In this document: positions 40,479 to 49,722 of the stretch, one piece after another
Numbering within the stretch: the first letter of the stretch is position 1
How the letters are laid out: every line of letters starts with the position of its first letter
Assembly (NCBI GenBank): GCA_964373665.1
Contig: CAYJVM010000002.1
Location: 8,923-72,922 of the forward strand
Source: an uncultured archaeon
Lineage (GTDB): Archaea; Aenigmatarchaeota; Aenigmatarchaeia; CG10238-14; SCSR01
DNA length: 64,000 bases
Direction: 5' to 3'
The notes under the pieces: model-generated
Told to the model about the DNA's origin: nothing
Database searches by the model: none
The model's input: only the letters and a program-made list of their open reading frames with translations
Made by a program: the position numbers and the translations under genes

Positions 40479-42716
40479 ATGGCTGTTGAGTACGAGCTTG
40501 CCGATGGAGTAATCAGGATTAACTGCATGAACTGGGCGATAGCCCCAAGCGTGGAAGACTCGGAGGCGACTATGGCTGTTGTCATAGACACGCTCCTGAA
40601 AGTTCCTGATGCGCACCGCATAGTTCTGGTCGAGGCGCGAGAAAATGAATATGACGAAGACCAGACTAGGATGCTCAGGGAAATTGCGGATGCATATAAC
40701 AGGATAGTCAATATAGACAAGATTCTCAGCATCAAGAACCTTGGTCCGCCGGAATTCGAAAAGCTTTTCCCAAAAAGACTTGCGGATTTGCAGTTCCTTG
40801 TGTTGGAAGTCATGAGGAAAGATCCGATAGGCGCGTACATCAGGATCATAAAGATGGTGAACGCCAACAAGGTGCTTGAGAACACTGCCCCATTTGCGCA
40901 GAAAGCGGCTTTTTCATATTATATCGACAATGCACTAATCCCGATAAAAAATATTATTGAATCATCAAGCCTAATCAAAAAGGCTATGCCTGTCCTTCAA
41001 AACTATCGATTCGGCAGCAGGGACATTTACCGAGAAATATTCTCCCCGACAGTAAAGCCCAATTTCATGCTCACACGACTTATGCTTACAGTGCCGAAAG
41101 GCGCGAGAATGATGGAGAAGTACAGCATCAAGGGAGGCGAGATAGAGATTTACAAACTGCTTAACAAGGTGCGCCATCTTTATCATGTTACGCCGAAGGA
41201 GTTTGTTTTGAGCGACGAAAAGTATTCCATCCTGGACTCGGCGCGAAGATACCTCGCATCTCACAGGCCTACGGAAGCAGAGACAGTCGAGCCAGACAAA
41301 TCGCGGGAGCTCTTCAAAAATCTTGGCAAGGACCTCATAAAGGACGTGGCGCAGAGCATGAACGTAAAGCTGTCTGCGGATGAGATAGAAGAGCTGTCCA
41401 GCATACTGTCACGATACACGGCCGGCTATGGAGTTCTCGAGCTTTTGCTTTCCGACGAGAAAATCCAGGACATCTTCGTAAACTCGCCTATTGGGACAGT
41501 GCCGATATTCATAATACACGGAGACTATGAGGAATGCGAGACAAACTTGATACCGACTATGGGTGACGCGGAAGCGTGGGCCACAAGATTCAGGCTGTTT
41601 TCCGGAAGACCATTGGACGAATCCAATCCTGTGCTTGACACAGAACTGATTGTGCCTGGAGGAAAAGCAAGAGTGGCTGCAATAACAAGGACATTATCGC
41701 CGGAAGGGCTTGCATTCGCATTCAGGAGGCACAGAGAAAAGCCTTGGACGACGTCTTTGTTCATCAAGCACAAAATGATCGACTCTCTTTATTCCGGTGT
41801 GATGAATTTTGTAGTCGACGGCGGAAGAGCATTGCTTGTTGCCGGAGGCCGCGGTTCCGGGAAAACATCTCTGCTGAATGCACTAATGCTTGACATCATG
41901 CCCAAGTTCAGAATCCTTACAGTAGAAGACACACTTGAAATTATTGTGACGGACATGAGGAGATTGGGCTACAACATCGAAAGAATGAAGTCGAGATCGG
42001 TAATTACCAAGGTAGAGACTGAACTGCCGGCAGACGAAGCCCTGAGAACTGCACTGAGATTAGGCGATTCAGTCCTTATATTGGGGGAAGTCAGAAGTCT
42101 TGAAAGCCTTGCCTTGTTTGAAGCCATGAGAATAGGTGCTCTGGCGAATGTTGTCGCTGGCACGATTCACGGCGAATCTGCTTATGGAGTTTACGACAGG
42201 GTTGTGCATGACTTGGGCGTCCCTCCAACTAGCTTCAAGGCGATAGATCTGATCACTATTTGCAACCAGCTCAAGTCGCCCGACGGCCTGCACAGGTTCA
42301 GGAGAGTGACCGAACTGACGGAAGTGAGAAAGCAGTGGAAGAATGATCCGATGGACGAAGGAGGATTTGTCAATTTAATGGAGTATTCTGCGAAGGAAGA
42401 CATGCTAAAGCCGACTGCGACTTTGATCGACGGCGAGTCTCAGGTGCTGAATGAGATAGCAAAGAGAGTCAGGGAATGGAGGGGCCATTGGGATGTTGTG
42501 TGGGACAACATTTTATTAAGGGCGAAAATCAAGCAGACAATGGTGGAGCTTGCCGGGCAGTCGAACAAGCCGAATGTGCTGGAGGCCGACTATTCCGTCG
42601 AATCCAACTCCATGTTCCATCTATTTTCAGAGCAGGTGAGAGATGAGGTTGGGGGAATGGACTCGAAGATGATTTATGACAGATGGCTCGGATGGTTCAA
42701 AGGAAGGATAAAATAG
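40479..42716 (+). CDS. type IV pilus/archaellum-type secretion ATPase (FlaI/VirB11/TadA superfamily) with about 300-aa N-terminal extension
   Basis: Walker A GGRGSGKTSLLNAL, Asp box and His box regions; 745 aa. Confidence 0.75.
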   Translation: MAVEYELADGVIRINCMNWAIAPSVEDSEATMAVVIDTLLKVPDAHRIVLVEARENEYDEDQTRMLREIADAYNRIVNIDKILSIKNLGPPEFEKLFPKRLADLQFLVLEVMRKDPIGAYIRIIKMVNANKVLENTAPFAQKAAFSYYIDNALIPIKNIIESSSLIKKAMPVLQNYRFGSRDIYREIFSPTVKPNFMLTRLMLTVPKGARMMEKYSIKGGEIEIYKLLNKVRHLYHVTPKEFVLSDEKYSILDSARRYLASHRPTEAETVEPDKSRELFKNLGKDLIKDVAQSMNVKLSADEIEELSSILSRYTAGYGVLELLLSDEKIQDIFVNSPIGTVPIFIIHGDYEECETNLIPTMGDAEAWATRFRLFSGRPLDESNPVLDTELIVPGGKARVAAITRTLSPEGLAFAFRRHREKPWTTSLFIKHKMIDSLYSGVMNFVVDGGRALLVAGGRGSGKTSLLNALMLDIMPKFRILTVEDTLEIIVTDMRRLGYNIERMKSRSVITKVETELPADEALRTALRLGDSVLILGEVRSLESLALFEAMRIGALANVVAGTIHGESAYGVYDRVVHDLGVPPTSFKAIDLITICNQLKSPDGLHRFRRVTELTEVRKQWKNDPMDEGGFVNLMEYSAKEDMLKPTATLIDGESQVLNEIAKRVREWRGHWDVVWDNILLRAKIKQTMVELAGQSNKPNVLEADYSVESNSMFHLFSEQVRDEVGGMDSKMIYDRWLGWFKGRIK

Positions 42717-42742
42717 TTTAACTGGATAATTCAATAAATTTT

Positions 42743-43114
42743 ATGGGGAAAGGCGCGGTTGATTATATAGTTGCCATAGTTCTTGGTGTAGCCGTCATAG
42801 CCTTGCTTGGATACTGGTTTTTCACATCACAGAGGGACGGTAGTGGAAGCGCAAATCTGGCTGAATGCACTGCTGTGAAGACCCAATTTTGCGCGATTCA
42901 GACTGAGGAAAACTGGAATAAGATGCTCACCAAATGCGGCGACGCCAACAAGTTCAAGTCAGTTGAAGTGATAGAAACGACAAGTGGCATTAACTTTAAA
43001 AAAATCGACAACCAGTGCAACAGTTTTTGCAGTACTGTGATACCGGGATGGTCGCCCTTATCAAGCAACAACCATCCCGAATGCAGCAAGCCACCTCAAC
43101 CGACAAAAGCCTAG
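42743..43114 (+). CDS. small Cys-containing pilin-like secreted protein (class III signal peptide-like)
   Basis: MGKGAVDYIVAIVLGVAVIALLGYWFF; paralog of 49332 and 52275 genes. Confidence 0.55.
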   Translation: MGKGAVDYIVAIVLGVAVIALLGYWFFTSQRDGSGSANLAECTAVKTQFCAIQTEENWNKMLTKCGDANKFKSVEVIETTSGINFKKIDNQCNSFCSTVIPGWSPLSSNNHPECSKPPQPTKA

Positions 43115-43144
43115 TCTTAATTTTGAATAAAACAAATCTTATTT

Positions 43145-45109
43145 GTGGCTATAGTCTCAAGGGATTATGAACAGTTTCTCCGAGAGGAACAACTCGCGAA
43201 AAGATTGACGTTTTACGAGAGGCTATGTTCTTTATTAGAGTTTCTTCCATCACCTGTGACAAAGGGACTGAGGGAAAAATATACTGAAGCAATGGAATTC
43301 TCCCACATGAAGGCGTCGCCGAAAGGTGCATTCAACCTATCAATTCTGGGCACGTTGTTAATATTCGCAGCATCTCTATCACTCTTGTATTTCATCGATT
43401 CTTTCTCCCCAGGATCTGTTATTTTATCGCTTTTCATCGCTTCACTCGCATTTTACTTTCTTGTCAGCTATCCTTTGAGGTATGCGACAATTTTCAGGAT
43501 AAGCGCATCTTCGGAAATGGTTCTCGCGACAATATACATGAGCATTTCCATGCATATCTCGCCAAACTTGGAGAACGCTGTCAAGTTCGCTTCAAAAAAC
43601 TTGAAAGGGTCCCTCGCCAAAGACTTGAGGGGTCTTTTGTGGAATGTATACACACGCAAACACGATAGAATAGAGGACGCCTTCGACAATTTCGTCAAAA
43701 AATGGGAGCGTGAAAACAAAGAGTTCGCCACATCGCTATATCTTATTAAAAATTCCACTGCAGAATCACAGGCTAGACGCGAAAAGTTTCTTGACGAAGC
43801 AGTTTCTGTAATGCTTGAAGGGACAAAGGAGAGGATGCGAGGATATGCCCGAGAGCTAAAGGAACCGGTGACAATATTGAATGCGCTCGGCATACTGCTT
43901 CCGATAATAGGCCTGGTGTTCTTCCCGGTAATAAGCATCTTCCTGCCGGAAATTGTCAAGCCAGTGCTGCTGATTTTGGGCTATGACATTTTCCTCCCCC
44001 TGATAGTTTTCTTCCTTATGTCTAGCTATCTTGAAAAGCGTCCGTACAGCTTCCATCAGCCTGACCTTAGAAAGCATCCAGAGTTCTCTGTGGAGAAATT
44101 CTACGAAAAGCCTTACATAGTTCCTGTCCTAGTGTCCATACCGCTCCTTCTGTTTTCGGGATACAAAATGATAGGCCAAGAAGAAATCTTCAGCTTCGAG
44201 CTTCTGCTGTATTCTATGATAGCCAGCGTCGGAATAGCGGCTGGAGTGATAAGCTATTCCTATCTCTCTGTGCGGAGAAAGCTGAAAATCCGAAAGGAGA
44301 TATCGGACATAGAAGGTGAATTTGCAGAGGCGCTTTTCCAGCTCGGCAGCCTGATAATGCGCGGGATTCCACTTGAGGCAGCAATGAAGAGATCCAAGGA
44401 CCAGTCAAAGAACATGAAGATAGCAGACTTTTTCGACAAGATACTTTACAATATAAAGACTTTTGGAATGACTTTCGAAGACGCAGTTTTCCACAAAGAA
44501 TACGGTGCATTGAGATACTACCCGTCCACTCTCATAGAGGCTGTGATGAATGTCATAGCGGAGACATCGCAGAAGGGCATGCAGAGCGCATCCAAGTCGA
44601 TGGTCATAATTTCAAAATATCTAAAGGACATGCGTGAGGTGGACGATGAGCTGAAGAGCATGATGGAGGATGTGACGTCGACAATGAATACTCAAGCAAT
44701 CATGCTCGCACCGTTAAGCGCGGGTGTTGTCGTAACACTCGCCGCAATAATGACTCGACTTCTCATCAAGCTTGGCGAGTCCATAAAAGACATTTATTCT
44801 GGTCTTGGATCAGCCCTCGGTCCTGCGAGCGACTTGGGGGCAGGCGTCTTCGAGTCAATATTCAACATAAGCTCTATAATCCCAGTGCATGGGTTCCAGC
44901 TCATAGTCGGCATTTATCTTGTGGAGATTGTCACTTTGATAGCAGTAGCTGCCAGTACTATAACTAACGGAGAGGAGAATCTGCTGAAAAGGTTCAATAT
45001 CGCGAAGATACTTTTGTACAGCATGGTCGTCTATATAGTCACTCTTTTCGTCACATACTACATCTTCACTTCGGTAATTTCGATAGAAAACCTCACGGCC
45101 AATAGTTAA
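43145..45109 (+). CDS. FlaJ/TadC-like polytopic membrane platform protein
   Basis: 654 aa, two cytoplasmic T2SS-F-like domains separated by TM helices. Confidence 0.6.
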   Translation: MAIVSRDYEQFLREEQLAKRLTFYERLCSLLEFLPSPVTKGLREKYTEAMEFSHMKASPKGAFNLSILGTLLIFAASLSLLYFIDSFSPGSVILSLFIASLAFYFLVSYPLRYATIFRISASSEMVLATIYMSISMHISPNLENAVKFASKNLKGSLAKDLRGLLWNVYTRKHDRIEDAFDNFVKKWERENKEFATSLYLIKNSTAESQARREKFLDEAVSVMLEGTKERMRGYARELKEPVTILNALGILLPIIGLVFFPVISIFLPEIVKPVLLILGYDIFLPLIVFFLMSSYLEKRPYSFHQPDLRKHPEFSVEKFYEKPYIVPVLVSIPLLLFSGYKMIGQEEIFSFELLLYSMIASVGIAAGVISYSYLSVRRKLKIRKEISDIEGEFAEALFQLGSLIMRGIPLEAAMKRSKDQSKNMKIADFFDKILYNIKTFGMTFEDAVFHKEYGALRYYPSTLIEAVMNVIAETSQKGMQSASKSMVIISKYLKDMREVDDELKSMMEDVTSTMNTQAIMLAPLSAGVVVTLAAIMTRLLIKLGESIKDIYSGLGSALGPASDLGAGVFESIFNISSIIPVHGFQLIVGIYLVEIVTLIAVAASTITNGEENLLKRFNIAKILLYSMVVYIVTLFVTYYIFTSVISIENLTANS

Positions 45110-45124
45110 TAATTGCAAACTCGA

Positions 45125-45241
45125 ATTAGATTTAATGAGAAAGGGAGATGTGGACAGGTTCATTGTATGGTTCATAATTATGCTGATAATAGCTGTGATG
45201 GTCATATTGTCTGGCATAAAGCTATACCAGCAGTTCACTGG
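45125..45241 (+). CDS. micro-ORF, pilin-like hydrophobic peptide (38 aa)
   Basis: MRKGDVDRFIVWFIIMLIIAVMVILSG; not in ORF track (below size cutoff). Confidence 0.3.
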
Positions 45242-45252
45242 GAGATGAGACG

Positions 45253-45438
45253 ATGAAGGGAGTTTTTGGCAAGGTGTTGACAATGGTGATTAGCTTGGTT
45301 CTTGCGGCATTGGCGCTGATTCTTATCTGGTACTTTAATGAAAAGCTGTTTGGCTATTTTGGCGCGCTATTGTTGGAGGGATTGAAGAGCTTCTTCTGCA
45401 GCATGTTGGGATTCGTAGGCAAACCCTTCGGATGCTGA
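45253..45438 (+). CDS. small pilin-like protein (61 aa)
   Basis: MKGVFGKVLTMVISLVLAALALILIWYF. Confidence 0.4.
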   Translation: MKGVFGKVLTMVISLVLAALALILIWYFNEKLFGYFGALLLEGLKSFFCSMLGFVGKPFGC

Positions 45439-45474
45439 ACCTATTTATCGTATCCTACTTAATTATTTCTATCC

Positions 45475-47622
45475 ATGTCTAAAGGAGCGATGACAGTAGA
45501 GGCGATAATGAGCATCTTTTTGATGATAGCCGTTCTTGTCGTAGGCGTTTCATTTCTGTTGCGTGCATTCAACATAGACTTGTTCGGTTTTCTCGGAGAT
45601 TTGCTGGGCGGGGTGATTGGCGTGCCGGAGAAAGGATTGGTACTGTACATAAGACTGGATCCTGACAGTGGTGCCAGGCTTGGAGGTGACGGCACAGCTG
45701 AAGTTCATGCATTTTCATTGATCGAGCAAGGAATCTTGAGGCAAAACAACTTCAAATTCAAGATCGAGAACGATTTATACTTTTGGCCAGATCCAAAATA
45801 TGTTTCCGACGGACAATGCACTATTTTTCTCGTCGACGAAGGGGATGAACCTAACGACGACAGAGGAAAGCTGGCGAAAGTGAAGTCTGGGACGCAAATA
45901 GATGATGAAAAATGTCCTGTTGGTACCAATTTGGCTAGTTGCTTATCAGATTCGAATGCTCAATACTCCTGCGGTTTTATGACTCAGGCGGATGTTGGTG
46001 AGTGCAAAGGTGTTAATTGTGTAAATTGTCCAGATGTCAACTGTCCAAGTATCCGCACAGGACAACGAGTTGCTTGTCAAGGTAATTCAAATATAGTATA
46101 TTGTAAATACTCGCTAAGCGAAGTGCCAAATAAATGCATGGATAATACAAAAGTCCTAGACGAAAAATTCTGCATAGAAGAGAAAGACAAGTGTGTATGG
46201 TATAAAGATTCATGCTCGGCTAATGGATGCTCGCTTGCGTACCCAAACTCGTACAGGGTGAAGTACGGAGTGTTCTGCGCGAATGACGGTCAGTGGTATT
46301 CATGCACGAAGAAGAACGATGGAAAAACCAGGGACGACCTTACCTGCACAAAGGAAGGCGACAGCTATGTTTGGAAGGGCACGTTTAAGGCAAGGAAAGC
46401 AGATGCGGCACCGAAGGTGTATGTGGGTGCAATACCGAACGTAAGCAATAAAATCGAGCAGATAATAGGGAGGAACATAACGATAACCGCATATGCTGAC
46501 GACAGCGAAGCTGGCAACGGCTTGACTAAATTGGAGTTATCAGGAACAGATACTTGCACCTATCCAGAGGTTCTTAATGATCCTCCTTTCCCTGATTCGA
46601 AGAGCAGGAACTGCGACAACAAGCTCTTCTGCGGCCGGGACTTTAAGATTAACTGCAATGACGTGAGCAGACCTACAGTTTCTGTGATAGCTACATCGAA
46701 CGCAAACCCGCCAAACAACAAAGCCACTAAAAATGTAGGCGTGGAATTCAAGAAAGAGCTGGTTTATGCCAGTTTCCCTGGCAGTGCAGTTAAGGATTCC
46801 AATATCTATCATAACACGTCCTCCTCAATTTTCATGACTTTAGACGTAAAAGTTGCAAATGATGGCCAAACCAGATCCATAATTTACGGACCAGGAATAG
46901 AAACAAGTGACGGAAGCTTTATTGAGTTAGGCACATTTTCGGATGTCAGGCTGTCAAGCACTGATGTGAATGGCGATGTGGTCTTGAGAATGGGTGCTGC
47001 CGGCTGGCATTCATTATACGAATTCCATAAAAAGGCATCTGGAATGGATCCCAATACCAACCCAACTCTTGTTTTCTCGTACTCCTTGTCAAGAGGAGCA
47101 GATAGAGAAAATTTGCACCCAGTCGATGAAAAAGTATACAAACTAGGTTTTGATGCGTTGTGGGAATATTCACCAGATTACAAAGTTGATTGGATAGCTG
47201 ATAGCGGCGTAACGCTGTCATTCCCAGACGTTAGTTCAGATCCAAACTCTGTCAAACATGGCAGAGTCTCAGTAAAGGCACAAAAGCCAGTGGCAGACGT
47301 AAAAGGTTTAACGTTTAAAAGAGTTGACCCATCTTATACTGGACCATTAAGAATATCAGACGGTATTGTCTTGTCTTACAAAGGGGATGGTGGTCCGGGC
47401 AAAATCTTGATACATGATGTAAATGGCAAGAACAATTGCGTCGTACTACCGGACCGCGTCTCGGACTGCGGGATAGTTCTAACACCAAAACCCGATCAAT
47501 TCAAATACGTCTATATTACCAGGCAGTATTTAATTGATCAAGGATTGAATCCAGATAGAATAGACAGAATTGAATTCCAGTTTGGAACCACGCTGATTAT
47601 TGATGGCTTCTATTACAGTTAG
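45475..47622 (+). CDS. large Cys-rich pilin-like adhesin
   Basis: N-terminus MSKGAMTVEAIMSIFLMIAVLVVGVSF (class III/prepilin-like), then >30 Cys in 715 aa. Confidence 0.55.
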   Translation: MSKGAMTVEAIMSIFLMIAVLVVGVSFLLRAFNIDLFGFLGDLLGGVIGVPEKGLVLYIRLDPDSGARLGGDGTAEVHAFSLIEQGILRQNNFKFKIENDLYFWPDPKYVSDGQCTIFLVDEGDEPNDDRGKLAKVKSGTQIDDEKCPVGTNLASCLSDSNAQYSCGFMTQADVGECKGVNCVNCPDVNCPSIRTGQRVACQGNSNIVYCKYSLSEVPNKCMDNTKVLDEKFCIEEKDKCVWYKDSCSANGCSLAYPNSYRVKYGVFCANDGQWYSCTKKNDGKTRDDLTCTKEGDSYVWKGTFKARKADAAPKVYVGAIPNVSNKIEQIIGRNITITAYADDSEAGNGLTKLELSGTDTCTYPEVLNDPPFPDSKSRNCDNKLFCGRDFKINCNDVSRPTVSVIATSNANPPNNKATKNVGVEFKKELVYASFPGSAVKDSNIYHNTSSSIFMTLDVKVANDGQTRSIIYGPGIETSDGSFIELGTFSDVRLSSTDVNGDVVLRMGAAGWHSLYEFHKKASGMDPNTNPTLVFSYSLSRGADRENLHPVDEKVYKLGFDALWEYSPDYKVDWIADSGVTLSFPDVSSDPNSVKHGRVSVKAQKPVADVKGLTFKRVDPSYTGPLRISDGIVLSYKGDGGPGKILIHDVNGKNNCVVLPDRVSDCGIVLTPKPDQFKYVYITRQYLIDQGLNPDRIDRIEFQFGTTLIIDGFYYS

Positions 47623-47743
47623 TACAGTTTTCGGCAATGTCCTTTAACGAAAGCGAGCGGGAAATCCCACACTCTTTAGAGGTGGGATGAGAGCGAGCAC
47701 AAGAAACGATAGGTATATATAGATAGCGTTCATATAATGTAAT

Positions 47744-48142
47744 ATGCCAAAGGGTTATATAGCATCTGAGACATCGGTGCACTTCATGAATTATCATTTC
47801 GTGTGGTGTCCGAAGTATCGCAGGAAGATACTTGTCAGGGATGTCAAAAAGAGGTTGGAGAAATTGATACAGCAGAAGACAAAGGAACTGAATGGCGAAG
47901 TCCTATCTCTTGCGATAGGAGACGACCATGTTCATCTGTTCGTCAGGACTACTCCGACAATAGCTCCAAATTCCTTTATAGGAAAAGTAAAAGGGTTCAC
48001 GTCAAGAATACTGAGACAAGAGTTTCCGACTGTGAAATCAAGACTTCCGACGCTTTGGACTCGCTCATATTTCGTTTCAACGCATGGGCATATTTCGGAT
48101 GCAATGATAAAGAAGTACATTGACGAACAAAAGGGAATGTAG
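47744..48142 (+). CDS. tnpA: IS200/IS605 transposase TnpA (Y1 HUH)
   Basis: HVHLFV HUH motif and catalytic Tyr region; 132 aa. Confidence 0.85.
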   Translation: MPKGYIASETSVHFMNYHFVWCPKYRRKILVRDVKKRLEKLIQQKTKELNGEVLSLAIGDDHVHLFVRTTPTIAPNSFIGKVKGFTSRILRQEFPTVKSRLPTLWTRSYFVSTHGHISDAMIKKYIDEQKGM

Positions 48143-49279
48143 ATGAGAAATTATAGGTTCAGAATCTATCCATCGAAGATGCAAGAGAAGGAAATGCAGA
48201 AGCACCTATGGATAGAGAAGAATCTATGGAACATGCTTCTTGAAGTCAACGGAAAAACATACGACGAAACAAAGAAGTTTCTGACAAGGAATGAGATGCA
48301 GGTATTGGTCAAAAATTCAGGATTATTCTCTCAGACAGCACAAACTCTTTCTCATCGGTTGCAGAAAGCGTTATGGAGAATGGTCAAACTTCGAAAGCAG
48401 GGAAAGAAGTGTGGCTACCCAAGATTCAAGAGCATAGATAGAATAAAGAGTCTGAATTATCCGCAAGCGGGATTTAAGCTCGATAAAAAACTGAAGGTCA
48501 CTCCATTCGGCGAAATCAGCATAAAGAAACACCGAGACATCGAAGGCAGGATAAAAACTCTCACTTTGAAACGAGAATCTTCAGGCAAATGGTTCGCTAC
48601 TTTCTGTGCTGAAATCGAACCTCATATGCCAAAGATAAATCATGGAGAGAAAGTTGGTATCGACCTCGGACTTGCAAAATTCGCCATCCTTTCAAACAAG
48701 GAAGTCATAAAGAATCCGAGGCATCTGAAAAAATACGAGAAGAAGCTTGCATTATTGCAACAGAGATTATCAAAAAAGAAGAAAGGAAGCAAGAATAGGA
48801 AAAGAGCCAAGCATAAAGTCGCCTTACTATACGAGAAAGTTGCCAATACACGGACTGACTTCCTTCACAAGACTTCAACGAGACTCGTCAATAGTTATTC
48901 CCTTATAGCGCTTGAGAAGCTTGCGTCTCAGGAGATGTCACAACAAAACTACGGCAAGCAAATCAATGATGCTGGATGGAATATGTTTTCGAATATGGTT
49001 AGCTACAAAGCTGAAAATGCTGGTTGTCGAATCGTATTTGTGAATCCGCATAACACTACACAGGAATGTAGCAACTGCCATGAGATTGTGAAGAAAGGAC
49101 TGCAAGACAGGATACACGACTGTCCCAACTGCAATCTGGTAATGGACAGGGATTTGAACGCTGCAAAGAATATACTCATAAGAGCTACCGCAGGACTTGC
49201 GGGAAGTCAAGCTTCTGGAGATGGAGATTCATTGCCATCTTTGAAGGAAGAAGTCCACATCCTTCAGGGGTGGGAGTAG
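48143..49279 (+). CDS. tnpB: TnpB (IS605 OrfB) RNA-guided endonuclease
   Basis: N-terminal YRFRIYPS..QE; C-terminal Zn finger CSNCHE...CPNCN; RuvC-like residues. Confidence 0.85.
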   Translation: MRNYRFRIYPSKMQEKEMQKHLWIEKNLWNMLLEVNGKTYDETKKFLTRNEMQVLVKNSGLFSQTAQTLSHRLQKALWRMVKLRKQGKKCGYPRFKSIDRIKSLNYPQAGFKLDKKLKVTPFGEISIKKHRDIEGRIKTLTLKRESSGKWFATFCAEIEPHMPKINHGEKVGIDLGLAKFAILSNKEVIKNPRHLKKYEKKLALLQQRLSKKKKGSKNRKRAKHKVALLYEKVANTRTDFLHKTSTRLVNSYSLIALEKLASQEMSQQNYGKQINDAGWNMFSNMVSYKAENAGCRIVFVNPHNTTQECSNCHEIVKKGLQDRIHDCPNCNLVMDRDLNAAKNILIRATAGLAGSQASGDGDSLPSLKEEVHILQGWE

Positions 49280-49331
49280 GTCACCAAAATACTTAAATAC
49301 AGTCCAAACGAAATAGTAATCTAGTGAATCC

Positions 49332-49664
49332 ATGAAAAAAGGCATTGCAGTTCCTTACATCATAGCCATTCTTTTAGGTGTCGCTGTTATAGGCCTTATT
49401 GGTTATTGGCTGTTTCTTTCCGGGAAGGGAATAGGTACAGGAGCCAAAGAGACCGAGTGCAATTCTGAATTGAACATTTACTGCAGCGATTGGTTGAGAA
49501 CTGGATCGGAACCATCTAGATGGGACGGGACATGTAACGCTGTTCTAAGGCCAGCAGTTACGACAAAACCAGACATAAATTACTGCAAGAATAAAGGGTA
49601 TAATATACCAGTCGCAGCCAGTGGTCCAGGAGGCGGTGGGGGCGGAGGAACATCACCGGGATAA
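49332..49664 (+). CDS. small Cys-containing pilin-like protein (paralog)
   Basis: MKKGIAVPYIIAILLGVAVIGLIGYWLF; conserved Cys pair; Gly-rich C-terminus. Confidence 0.55.
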   Translation: MKKGIAVPYIIAILLGVAVIGLIGYWLFLSGKGIGTGAKETECNSELNIYCSDWLRTGSEPSRWDGTCNAVLRPAVTTKPDINYCKNKGYNIPVAASGPGGGGGGGTSPG

Positions 49665-49722
49665 GCACAATAATAAAATACAAATATTTATTTGTTAAAT
49701 TCAAAATCCATAATAGATCTTA

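Larger units (their letters stand above)
47630..49300 (+). mobile_element. IS200/IS605-family insertion sequence (tnpA + tnpB)
   Basis: Y1 HUH transposase plus TnpB; subterminal hairpin atcccac...gtgggat at 47675-47700; exact ends not determined. Confidence 0.7.

Noticed and set aside
47623-47743. Structured non-coding RNA upstream of tnpA
   Set aside because: Best explained as the IS200/IS605 left-end subterminal hairpin rather than an independent ncRNA.
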